NCBI GenBank assembly: GCA_013265495.1
Contig: MU058244.1
Span: 250,001 to 314,000 of the forward strand
Reading direction: 5' to 3'
DNA: 64,000 nt
Source: Vicugna vicugna
Taxonomy: Eukaryota
Below are positions 1 to 10,954 of this stretch, piece after piece (within the stretch, counting starts at the first letter, position 1; each line of letters starts with the position of its first letter). Below the pieces are notes generated by a model, which saw only the letters and a list, made by a program, of their open reading frames with translations, searched no databases and was not told the origin of the DNA. A program made the position numbers and the translations under genes.

Positions 1-513
1 CTGGTACAGGGGGTGTTGGAACAGCCTGGCCAGGAGGGCGCCGTCCCCGCTCGGGCCAGGGGATGCCTCCGGCCGATGTGGGCCAGGGTCTCGGAGCAGT
101 GGCCGGTGAGCAGGGTCTTGGGGTGGCGGGACACCGGGATCCTGCCCCTGCAAGGCGCCCTCAGCCTGTTCAGCCACGGGTGGCAGCTTCTCAAGCGAGT
201 GGGACGTAAGATTGGAGGAAGGGTCGGAGCTGAAGTCCTGCAGGATCCGCAGCGTGTGCTTGTTGGGCCAGCCCGCGTCGCCAGCGGCTGAGGCTGCGGC
301 CAGGGGCTCCCCGGGGCGGCCGCGCGCCTGGGCCCAGCCGGGTGCCGCCTCCTCGGCTGCGAGATGCGCGCACGAGCAGCCAGGCTCCCCCGAGGGCTGC
401 GCGGCGCGCCGCTCCAGCTTGGGCAGCAGGTCCAGCACGATGTGCAGCGCGCAGGCCACCAGGAACGCCATCAGGATGAGCACGCGGAACCTGCGCACCA
501 GGATCATCTTCAT
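1..513 (-). CDS. FAM20C: FAM20C extracellular serine/threonine protein kinase, first coding exon (partial, continues beyond position 1)
   Basis: Manual translation from ATG at 513 (context gccATGa): [70 protein letters not shown]...[35 protein letters not shown]...[12 protein letters not shown], 171 open codons. Matches the FAM20C N-terminus (hydrophobic signal/anchor, [21 protein letters not shown]). Absent from the ORF track because no stop lies in the window. Confidence 0.97.
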   Translation of the reverse strand, partial: MKMILVRRFRVLILMAFLVACALHIVLDLLPKLERRAAQPSGEPGCSCAHLAAEEAAPGWAQARGRPGEPLAAASAAGDAGWPNKHTLRILQDFSSDPSSNLTSHSLEKLPPVAEQAEGALQGQDPGVPPPQDPAHRPLLRDPGPHRPEASPGPSGDGALLARLFQHPLYQ

Positions 514-1865
514 GGCCCCGCCAGCGAAAGACGCCTGGGGGGCTCCCGGCTCCCCGCGAGCGCGCTCCGCCCCTGCCCCTCTAGTCTTGGCTTGGCACGA
601 ACGCGGTGCCGCGGCGGGGGTCAAGGTCCATCTGGTGTCGGCCAGCTACCAGCCTCGGGGCTGCCCCCAGGCCTGCACCACGCATAGGGCGCCCACCGCC
701 AAAGCGCCTGCTAGCTCGGCCATCTCAGGGCCGTTCCGCCTCGCCTCTCTCGGGCGGCCGCACCCTCAGCGACCCGGGCCCAGAAGCCCTCGTCTGCAGA
801 GCTGGGGGTGTAGCTGGGGAAGGCCCCGCGCACGTAGCAGCGGGCTCGGGTCTCCCAGGCCGCGGCCGAGCTCATCAGGCACACGGGGGCCAGACGCTGC
901 GGCCCATCACGGCCAAGGCGTGGCGGCCTGGGGGGGTGGTGGCGACCGCGCGGCGCAATCCGATCCCAGGCTCGGCGCAATCCGATCCAAGACTGGGCGC
1001 AGTCCGCTTCGCGGCTCCAAGCGAGGCTCCGGGCCGGCCGCGCGAAGGGGCGGCTCCTTCGGGCAGGGTTTCGCTCTGTCTCGCTGGCGGGGACCTGGAG
1101 GGGAACGAGGGCGCAGGGCCGCACAGACTGAGAAGGGGGTAGGAAGGCGGGGCGCGCACGGAGCTGTCGACCACGTCCCCGGGCAGGTGCAGCAGCCGTC
1201 CGGGGAGCGCAGCACCCGCACGGCCGAGCCTCTCGGCGCCCCGCGCCCCGGGCGGCCAGATATCCGAGCGCCGCGGAGCCGCCCCTCGCGTCAGCGCCCG
1301 CAGATTGGCGGAGCCGCAGCCCCGCGCGTCCGGGCCTACTCGGCTCCTTCTCCTTTCTCCTCCCCTCGGCCGCGCCCCGCCAAGCCTCTGCAGCTCCGGG
1401 TCCGCTAAAGAGAGGGCGCCTTCTCCCCGTGGCCTGCCGAGAGAAGGCAGAGAGGAAGGCGGAGGGCTCGGACCCGCGCGCCCGGCTGGTGCAGCGCGAA
1501 AGGAGCGCTGCGGCGCTGCGGGCTCTGCCGAGGCGGGCTCCACCGAGGCGGGCTCCCGGGCCAGGCCGCTGTGCCCAGGACCTCCGCCCGCCCGGGGCCA
1601 GCCGCCGCCAGCTGCGGCCTGTCGGCTCCTTCTCGATGAGCCGAGGGCCAGAACCCAGGCCAAGTCCCTCCCTGGAGCCGCTGGGCGTCTGCGCCGCCAG
1701 ATGAGCTCCCCGCCAGGCGGTGACCTTGTGCCCCCCGCCCCCGCCTCGGGCGGGTCCTCGCGGGCCCGGCAGCCGGTGAGGGAGAGGACGACGGGGCGTC
1801 GCGGCCGCCGCGGCTGGAGTTGAGGATCGGAGCGCGGAGTTTGGCCCAAACCCGGAGGGGACGCT
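230..1865. promoter_or_regulatory. FAM20C: CpG island, FAM20C promoter and 5' leader
   Basis: Very dense CpG and GC content; GC boxes (~1370-1381, ~1732-1742); CCAAT on the minus strand (ATTGG 1304-1308); CRE half-site (GCGTCA ~1288-1293). TSS cannot be fixed from sequence. Confidence 0.88.
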
Positions 1866-2016
1866 GGAACCTCAGCAAGACTCCTGCACGCTGAGGCCCC
1901 ACCCTACCTCAAGGGGACCACGCCTGCGCCTTAACTCTGGAGGCGTTGCTGGGATTCGCTTGGCACCGAAAAGTGCTTGTGTGTGGGAGGCGGCACCTCC
2001 CTCACTTTGGGAGGGC

Positions 2017-2056
2017 TGTGTGTGTGTGTGTCTGTGTGTCTGTCTGTGTGTCTGTG
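2017..2056. repeat. (TG)n/(TGTC)n microsatellite
   Basis: Directly visible. Confidence 0.9.
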
Positions 2057-3527
2057 CACTGGCCTCCCTAGATGTGCAAAATTGGCCACCCACACCCAGG
2101 GGCGCGGTACTTCTGGGCCCACACAGTTTCTGGAACCCCAGCTCCCAATAGAGAATATTCATGTGAATTTCAGACTTAAGTCCTAGTTGGGAAAGTAAGT
2201 GAGCCTGGCCAAGGAGGACATCACACTCACCGCCAAGAGGACAGGCTTTCTGACCCCTGCCCTCTGGGCACCGCAAGTTCCCGAAGCAGGTAGCTGAAGC
2301 CTCCCTAACAGGACTGAGGAGGGCAGTCTCTGGCGGGGGCCATCGGGTGGGACCCCAACTCTCCCAGTGACTCACTGTACTGCCCTCTCGGGACCATCGT
2401 TTTCTTTTGCATGAATTCGGGTTCCATTTTCCCTGAGCCTCACCACTGCACCTCAGTTCCTGACCCAGTGCCTGACATTCAGTGGGCACCCATTGGAGGG
2501 GGAGTCCCAGCTCAGCTAGTGGGAGAAATAGATGTTTCTGAGGCCATTTGAAGTAAGGGAAGGACTGGGCCCTGCAGAGCTGGAGCTGGAGGGTGTGTTG
2601 GGGCTGAGGAGTGGGGTGAGTGGACTCCAAAGGGTGGAGGTGGAGCGTTTGGGGGAGTTTCTTCCCTCCCTCCCTCCCTCCCTCCCTCTCACACTGACAG
2701 CACCAGCCGTGTGCCAAAGATGTCACTTTGAACAGGGTTACTCAGAGACGCCAAGGAGATGATGTCCAGACTGAGATGGAGGTTGAGAAGCACCCCTCAT
2801 CTGGGGTAGGTGGGGGGCAAAACAGGAAGGACTTTAGGTCTGTGGTCAACAGTGTCTCCCTTGGCCCTGGGGTTCTGTAGGCTGCAGCCGTGCCAGGCCT
2901 CCCATGGTCGGTGTCTTCAGTGTGAATGTGGGGTGGGCGGGCCCCATGAACCACGGACGTCTTGGAGCCTCAGTGGGGCTCCCTGAGCACGTGTGTTCGC
3001 AGCACACACACACACCCCCATTCTCTTGGGAGCTGTTGTTCAGACCCTCCGTCCACCACTGGATGGCTCCCTTGCACAGTTCTTGCTTTATCTCAGCTAT
3101 CACCTTGGAAAAGCACCTTCTCAATAGCCAGATGGTGTTCAGTGCCCACCCTTCCCCTGCCCCACGACTCTAATTATCGCCCAGCATCACCCGTCATGGT
3201 GGGAAGATGCCGTCTTCTGTTCTCATCTGTGCTTTGTCTCCCTCAAACGCACATGCTCCTCTAAGACCGGTGCCTGGTTCACACCTGTGCCCTGGGCGGG
3301 GGCAGAACTTGTTTCAAAGAAGGGACCGCAAGCCACCATTGAGCTTGGGGTCAGCAGGCTAAGGGGATCTGTGGGGAAAAAAGCCTTTGAAAACAGAGCA
3401 CGCCCCACAGGAGGTCGGAGGATGGAAAACTCTCAGCCACGTCTTTCTGCCTGGTTCTGTGGTAATTCTCCCCGAGGGGTAATTTGACTTGGTGCAATGG
3501 GCTCATCCATGGAAATCACAAAAAGGA

Positions 3528-3632
3528 AACACACACTCAGGTGTGCACAGATATACATACACATGCACACACAGAGAGGCACAGCCTTAGCCAAATACAC
3601 ACACACACACTCAGACACACACACTCACACAC
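3528..3632. repeat. Degenerate (CA)n simple repeat
   Basis: Interrupted CA runs. Confidence 0.75.
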
Positions 3633-5959
3633 AGCAGCATAAGGCCTTAGGACGAGAAAGGCTCACCTGGGGCTGAGCTCATGAATCTGTAGGGTGGGAG
3701 GCCTTCAGGGTTGCTCTTGGAGTCCAGCCAGGGCCCCTGGGGTTCTGTGGATGAACAGATTAGGGTTCTGGGAACTAAGGTCGATTTGAAATGTATGTTG
3801 TCCTTGTACACAGAACCGTGGGATGGATGGGCAGGGCCAGGAAAACTGGTGGGAGGGCTGAGCACTGGGCCCCGGAACTCCACCACTGAGGCCAGGAGGG
3901 GTGACCAGCCAGGATACCGGGGAGGAAGCGAGGAGGCCATGTCAGCGTCCCAGGACGGCAGGACGCATGCTGTCCTGTGCTACCTGGCAGGTGAGTGGGA
4001 GGCTGACCACTGACCCCAGATGTGGCCACATGGGTGTCACTGGTGGTCTTAACTGGATGACCCTGTGCAGCGGGGCTGAAAGCGTCAGCAGTCCCGAGTA
4101 GAGCAGAAGTGGTGGGGACCAAGGAAACCAATCTTCTGAGGAGCTTTGTGGGAAAGGATGAGGCAGGTGTGGCTCGGGGCAGGGCAGGACCAGCCCTGGG
4201 TTCTCGGAGGAGGCCTGGGCAGGAGCCACAGTCTCCACTGCACCTCCTCACTCTGGGCTCATCCGGGGAAATTCACCTCCAGTCTCAGCCACTGCCCTGC
4301 ATGGGTGACAGGAGGAGGCTGGGGCTGCAGGAGTGGGTACACCGTGAGGCCCTCACAGCAGGCGCTGGGACTGGACCAGAGGACAAATTGGGTGTTCCCA
4401 GGGAACCGGGGTAGGAGGTGTGTTCCAGGCAGAGAGATGAGGTCCCTGGGGACAGATGTGGGGGAGATGCCACCTGCCTTTTAGCAGTTTAGGGCAGGTG
4501 GCATCTGCCCAGGTCCCCCCACCCTCCAGCTGCTCTTTGAGTCCAGGTTAGAGCGGCCTCGGGGGAGGTGAGCCTTGTGCCCTGAACCCCACGGGGTGTG
4601 CGAAGCTGCCAGCTGGCCTCGTTCAGGGGGCATGGTTAATCCTTTCTGGCAGGAGGGGCTGTGAGTGGGTAACTGGAGAGGTGAGTGCAGGGAGTGGCCC
4701 CTCGTGTGGGAAGGGAAGAAGCAAGCAGGTCTGTAGATGCTGTGTGGGGGGTGTGGGGCAGCACTGGAACCTAATGCAGTGGTCACCTGTGAAGTGGGCA
4801 CCCGGACGACTGGGAGGGGCTGGAAAGGAGACTCATGCCAGGAAGCTCAAGGTATGTGTAATGGTGGTGGGGGGAGGGCTGTACCAGGAGCTGAGAGGCC
4901 GCCAGCAGCAGGGTGACAGGGGGTCCTGCCCTAGTGGCCAGGGAGTCATCCAGGAGGGCCTGGCATGCCTCCTCCTTCCGGGACACCCCAGCCTGCCTCC
5001 CCCACTGCACCCGCCCCCACCTCTGGCCTGGCCAGCCAGTGTCCAGCCTGGTGTGGAGGAAGGAGGCCCAGAGGGACCTGCCCACCAGCTCAGGTCTCAC
5101 GCCTACACCCCTGCAGTGTTTTCCTAAGGATTACTCATCCCAGACCCACCAGGGAGGCTCCGGGGCTATTTACCAGGCCAGCCTTGGCCACAGGCTATTC
5201 TGGGAATAGGGGAGGGGGGCCAGGTGGGGGCTTCTTTCTGGGCAGCAAGGAAGGGGAAGGGGTCTTGGTCTTTACTGCACATCCATGTGTGGGTTTTAAC
5301 CCCTGTCTAGGGGAACTAGAGACCAAGGAAATATTCCTACCCACCTGTTCCTGCCTGGGACTTGGGGCTGATGGGGCAATGGGCCTGGGCTAGAGGGATT
5401 TGCACTGACCACCAGCAGGAGAGACGCCTCCTTATGAGAGGGGCAGTAAGACCAGTGTTACCTGTGCTGGGTTTGAGGGGCTCTGAGGGTGGTTGCAGCG
5501 GGGGACTGTTCTGTGGACCAACGTGGCTCCAATGGCCAGCATACCAAGCGCCCCCTTGCTGGTCCTTGGGCCCCACAGCCACAGCCTGAGAGGCCTTTGG
5601 AAAACAGAGCCCCTTTGTTCTGATGAAAAATGACAGCTCAAGATGCCAAAAACTGAGTGAAAAAAAAAAGGCAGTAAAAAAGCTTGGCTTTATTTTGTAC
5701 ATTTTGTGTTGCTCACGTACACAATTCGTATTATTTTCTATCAGATCTGGAATAGCCACGAAAAACTGACCATCCACTGAGCATGAGGACAATTGTCACG
5801 AAGTTCCAAAGGCAGAAAGTCTGCAGTCTGTTCCCTGAGTGTATATACGCACACGGACATGCATGCACACAGACACTTCTGCATGTATAATCTAGTCTGG
5901 TCACTGAGTATGTGTATATATGTTATAGATACCCACATGTATGTATACAGATACGTATG

Positions 5960-6425
5960 CATATATGAGGTCTGTTCGCTGAACACAATGCAGTTTAATA
6001 AAGGGGAAAAAAGACTAAGCTATAAAAATATTTCTACCTGGAAATTAATGCCACAAATAAAAACTCTGCTAGAAATAATTTGGGTATCATGCAGGAAACC
6101 GAAAGGGAGACTACAGACTATTTAGAAATGAATGCAAATGAGACCAGCACCTATCAGAACTGTAGGACGCCACCGAAGTGGCGTTCAGAGGACACCTGGA
6201 ATGACAACTGCATTCGTTAGTGAACTAAGCTGTCGACTCACGACAACGGAAAAAGAACAACGAAATGAAGAGGAAGCGGATTCCTGCAGAACAAACCAAA
6301 AACTAATGCAACAGAAAACAAACCGCAGTGGAGCTGGCTCACATAACGAAAAGGCATTGCTCGGAAAAGACCCACGAAAAAGTCGACAGGTGGTGAAATC
6401 CGACAGAGAGAAAAGAGAAGACAGA
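5960..6425 (+). mobile_element. Ancient L1 (L1M-type) ORF2 fragment
   Basis: A-rich strand; 'actatttagaaatgaatgcaaatgagaccagcacctatcagaactgtaggacg' resembles the ORF2 segment [20 protein letters not shown] seen in the young L1 of this window; heavily decayed. Confidence 0.65.
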
Positions 6426-7543
6426 ACAGGGAGGGAGTGTGGCTGGACGTGTGAGTTCTTGGCCCTGCAGATTCTCGGCCTTGGGAGAAGCAGGGAGAGG
6501 ACGGAGTTGTGAGAGTTTGGGGAGCTTGGAGGGGGCGCTCCCTGAGGCTCCCCGAAGGATGTGGATGGTGGCGACAGGCACCCGGGCCCAGCACCTGGAG
6601 CAGAGGTGGACTCAGCGAGGGCGTCTGCGGTGCCCCTCCTCCTAGAAGCTCTGGTGCGGGTTTGTGGGCCTCAGTGCTGGCTGGACCGGCTCAGTGGTGG
6701 TTCTCAGCAGGCACCGAAGAGAACACACAGGCGTCACAACGGAGACATCTTCAGGTCCGAACTGGAGGTACACAAGCATCATTTGCAGTGCTGCTTGGGG
6801 ACCATCTGAATCATCCAGGGGCCGTGGTCCCTAGTAAGGGAGGGTCTGGGGAGGACCAGTACACAGCAATTGAAGACATATTAAGTTAGTTATCCCTTTG
6901 CTTTCAGTGATCAAGGGACATGACTAGGTGTCCACTGTTAACCTGAATGTCAAAAGCCAAAACTGATAAGACTTACAAAATATTTTTATCTCCAAGTTGC
7001 CAGTGGCATCATTCTGTCTTTTCCTGGGTGGAGGGGAGAAATTTTAGAAGGAGGCCTTTTGTAAAATTAAAAGGCATTAACCAAATATTATTTTATGCAT
7101 GCATGTAATCTACAGGTTTAATGATTAGACATGAAAATGCAAATAAGATTTGATATTTAAAGGCAAATGCAAGATTTAGGTGAGAGGATAAATTACAGCA
7201 AAAAGTCTTCTTCGGAGCTGTCAAATTTTTGGGTCTGGAGCAAAAGTGTCATGCTGCCCTGTCACGTGGTGGGGACGTCAGGTTATCCAGGGGAGCAGCC
7301 TGCCTTGGGGCCCGTTGACCCCCACAGCTTCAGGTCCGCCCAATTGCACAACCCAGAATCCCCATTCCACAGCAGTGGCTTCAGGTCCTGAGTCCTTGTT
7401 GTGAACTCCGTCTCTTCCTCTGCTAACCCATGAAGGTTCCACATCTCCTGCAGGGTTGCCTGTAAGTCCCAGGCTCTGCCTGGAGGAGCCTGGCCAAGGG
7501 GAGCCTGGCCAGGGGGCCCCCCACAGCCCTCATCCCGGAGGAT

Positions 7544-8240
7544 CCAGACAGAACCTGCTGGTCTCAACGTTACCATAGAAACAGATCTAGGACAGAGGTC
7601 AGCGCCTCCTCCCCGGCAACGTGGAGATCGCGAAGGCAGGCATTTCCGCCCCCATGGGCCGGAGTGCCAGGGGGCAGAGGGCACAGGACCACAGCTCTGC
7701 CACTTGTCACCAGAGGGACAGGGGCCCGTGCTCCCATGACTGCTCACAGGGGAGGCTTTGGCGGGGAGAGTGTCGGACATGGACATGGTAGAAGTCAGGG
7801 GTGCAAAGTGATTGCACATAAATAACCTGGAAACAGCTGCCTAGAATGTTCTCTACACTGGACACTGTGCTTTGAGGTCATTATTCAGGATTTTATAGGC
7901 CATTTCTTGGCCGAGCCCCAGGCTGGCTTCTGGCTTTGCAGAAAGGCGACGTCGTGTTTTACAGGTGGCAGATGGCTTTTATCATACCTCTGCATCATCG
8001 CTGTGGTGACAGGGCCGTGGTGCTGCCCCGGGACGTGAGCAGGGGCCCCAGACGTCGCCTGACAAATGTGTTTCTCCAGCTTCCCTGCTGGTTGAGCGCC
8101 CATACTCCCCCGGCCCCCACACCTGGGCACAGGCTGTCCAGGCCAGTCTCACAGGATGGACATCTGCTCCAGGCCCCACAGAGGTCTTGTCCTCCCTCTG
8201 CCCTCTCTGCTCCTGCAGGAACTTGCTTGGCCAAACCCCG
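7544..8240 (+). repeat. Dispersed direct duplication, copy A (paralog at 42600-43405)
   Basis: Aligns at offset 35056 to copy B; 7690-7974 is identical to 42746-43030. Confidence 0.97.
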
Positions 8241-9849
8241 TTCTCTTTATCAGAAAATGAACGAAACCAATTCTTGTTTGTCTGAGCCCCCCAGCCCAGG
8301 CCCTCCTCCAGGGATAAAGGCCAAAGCCCCCTCCTCCGCTTGCTCCCACTGGACACCTGGCCAACTGGCTCCTGTACCCCAGAGCTCCCGTAACTGGCTC
8401 AGACCTGCCCTAGTCTTCCTGGTGTTCAGTCCGGGGAAATCACTGCATTTGGCCCAAAGAGGAAACGGGGCCCTCTCCTGGGGCCCTGCTGAGCCGCCAG
8501 GATGAGGAGCCAGAAGCATCAGCTGGGGTGGGTGAGGCAGCACGGAGCCCCGGGATGAGGAGCGTTCCAAAGCCAGGGGCAGAGGGGCTGAGGCAGGAAT
8601 AGATGTGAGGAGGGGTCCAGACCCTTCTCTAAAAGATCCCAACGGGGCCAAGCCCACATCCCCCGCTCCAGGTGGGAGGAGAATGGATGTCAAGCTGGCT
8701 CACTTATCTCAAGCACGTCTGGATCCCGGGTCTCACGGCCAGCGCAGGGCAGGCCCTGGGCCTCCCAGACCACCCTCCCCATGCCTTGGCCAGTCTCTCC
8801 CTGTCCCTCTGAGCAGAGCCCGCTCCAGGCCACTGCCCCTCAGACAGGATGTGACCATGGTCCACGCCGGTGCCATCCGGAGTGGTCTTTATTCTTTCAG
8901 AGGAGCGAGGGAGGGGCCCCGAGAGGCTGTGGGGACAAGTCCTCCTTAGGAAGCCCCCGGCCCGGGCCTCAGGGGACCCGGAGGGGAGGGGACCCAGGCT
9001 GCCTCCGACCCCCTGCCGGGAACTGCAGCCTCAGGCGGTGGTCCGTGCTCCCCAGCTTCTCACTCAGCCTGGTCTCTCACTTCAGGATGCAGGTGTCAAG
9101 GTCTAAGTGAGGCTTTCAGAGGCCTCAGCAGTTTGGGCTATAAATGAGGTTAATGGAAGGTAGAGAAGCAGGAGCCAGAGGACGGACTAACGCTGCCTGG
9201 ATGACGCACAGCAACGGCAGCTTTCCAGAAACAGCCCCCCTGCAACTCTGGGGCCTTCTGCCCCGGCGTGAACCCTCGCCCTACCTATGCCCTCGCTCTG
9301 CAGAGTGGACTCGGGGGAGCCCCCAGCAGCCTCCCCAGGCCCTGTGCTGCCTACAGTGGGGTGTGGCCTCCCCAGGACACCGGGATCTGGAACTGACCGC
9401 CCCCCTGCCCCGATTCGGGCACAGGCCCAGCCCTGCCAGGCAGCAGAGGGCCAGGTGCGACCTGGGCTGATGCTCCATCGAGTTCCTGGGGAAGTGACAC
9501 CTGGAACTAGGCCACCAGGCTCCCAAAGGGCCCCCCATGACCTGGAGACCCCAGAGCCTGGAGCCACGCCTGTCGTGAACCCAGTCTGGTGCCTGTGGCC
9601 CAAGAACAAAGTGAGTATTTGGGGTGTGACTGATGTTATTTTAAATACCTATGGAACCATCTAATCGAAAAACAAAACCATTTTCTGAAACCACTGTGCG
9701 TGGAAACAGTGGGACTATTCATCCTTGTCCCCCCGCCCCCCGCAGGCCCCGGGCCGGCTCACACATGCTCTCTGCAGGAGCCTGTGTCCACCTCCCTCCA
9801 GCCTCCTCGGTTCCCAGGGGTATCACACGGTGGTCAGGCGGCTTTGACA

Positions 9850-10109
9850 GGAACACCACAGGCTGGGCCGTGTGAACAGCTTCTATTTCTCAGCCTGGAG
9901 GCTGGACGTCCAAGATCAAGGCGCTGGCAGCTTTGGCACCTGGTGAGGCTTCATTTCCTAGTCACTAGTCCATCTTCCCACTGGGTCCTTGAGTGGCTGA
10001 AGGGACAAAGAGCCCCTTGGGGTCTCTGCCTAGGAAGGCGCTGACCCTGTTCATGAAGCCTCCCAACACAGTCACACTTGGCAGGGACGTGAACATTCAG
10101 GCTATAGCC
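9850..10109 (-). mobile_element. MaLR LTR relic (MLT1A-like)
   Basis: Recognisable MLT1 motifs 'ctggaggctggacgtccaagatcaagg' and terminal 'aacattcaggctatagc'. Confidence 0.7.
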
Positions 10110-10321
10110 AACGTGATGCAGGAAATGCCTGGGTCTCATCTCATCCCAGGGTCTAAATCTACCGGTAAAAAGAAGGGAGCCGACCCCTGACTCGACCAGC
10201 CACTGCCCTGCCCACCTGCTCTGTGAACAGAGGAACAGGGTTGGAAGCCCCTGGAACCCAAAGGAGCACCTGGAGGGCGACACACAATGTGGGGAGAGCT
10301 GGAGGGGGGCTGGAGGAGAGG

Positions 10322-10954
10322 TGATGCAGGAAAACAGATGTGGGGCATCATGAGAAGGGCTGTGTCCCAGGCTTCGGTGGAGCTCCCGGGACGTGCCCCG
10401 CCAAGTGTGGGTCCTCGGCTTCGCGCAGGAAAGAAGTCAAGAGTGAGCCACAGTTGAGTGAAAGTAGATTTATTCAGAGAGATACATTGAAAGGCAAGAG
10501 AAAGGCCACCAGGTGTGGGGGTTGGGTGCTCAGATTCAAACTAGGTACACACTCCATAGATAGAGTGCGGGCTGTCTCAGAACGGAGAGAGAGGGAGAAG
10601 CCATGAGGGGCAGGGTTGCCCGTTTTTATGGGATTTGGTAGCTTCATATGCTAATAAATGGAAGGGCCAGTCTGACTAGCCTGGGGAAGGGGCTGGGATT
10701 CCCAGGAAGTTGGCCTTTTCCCACTCTGACCTTTTGTGGCTAGCCTTGGGACTGCCCTGGCGCCTGCAGGCATGTTATTCACCACGCTGATATATTACAG
10801 TGGGCGCATAATGGAGCTCAAGCTCTGCTAGAAGTTAAATCTCTCATCATCTTGAGCCTCAAGGCCTACTGGGGGTTGAATCTTTCACCATTTTGATGTT
10901 AACTGCTGTAGCAGCATTCCTTGAATGGCTGTGCCCTGCCCCCTTCCTGTCTCA
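10322..10954 (-). mobile_element. ERV1-class solo LTR, family X copy 1
   Basis: TG...CA termini; 4-bp TSD GAGG (10318-10321, 10955-10958); AATAAA on the minus strand near 10470; homologous along its length to 23795-24435. Confidence 0.92.

Noticed and set aside
212..1849. Long ORFs 212-1408 (+, 398 aa) and 875-1849 (-, 324 aa)
   Set aside because: Low-complexity Arg/Pro/Gly/Ala translations typical of stop-poor CpG islands; the first is antisense to the FAM20C exon; no recognisable domain.
7936..8505. Paralogous ORFs 7936-8505 and 42992-43558 suggesting a duplicated gene
   Set aside because: Similarity simply reflects the DNA duplication; non-ATG starts, the 109-bp tandem shifts the frame, and no known domain.
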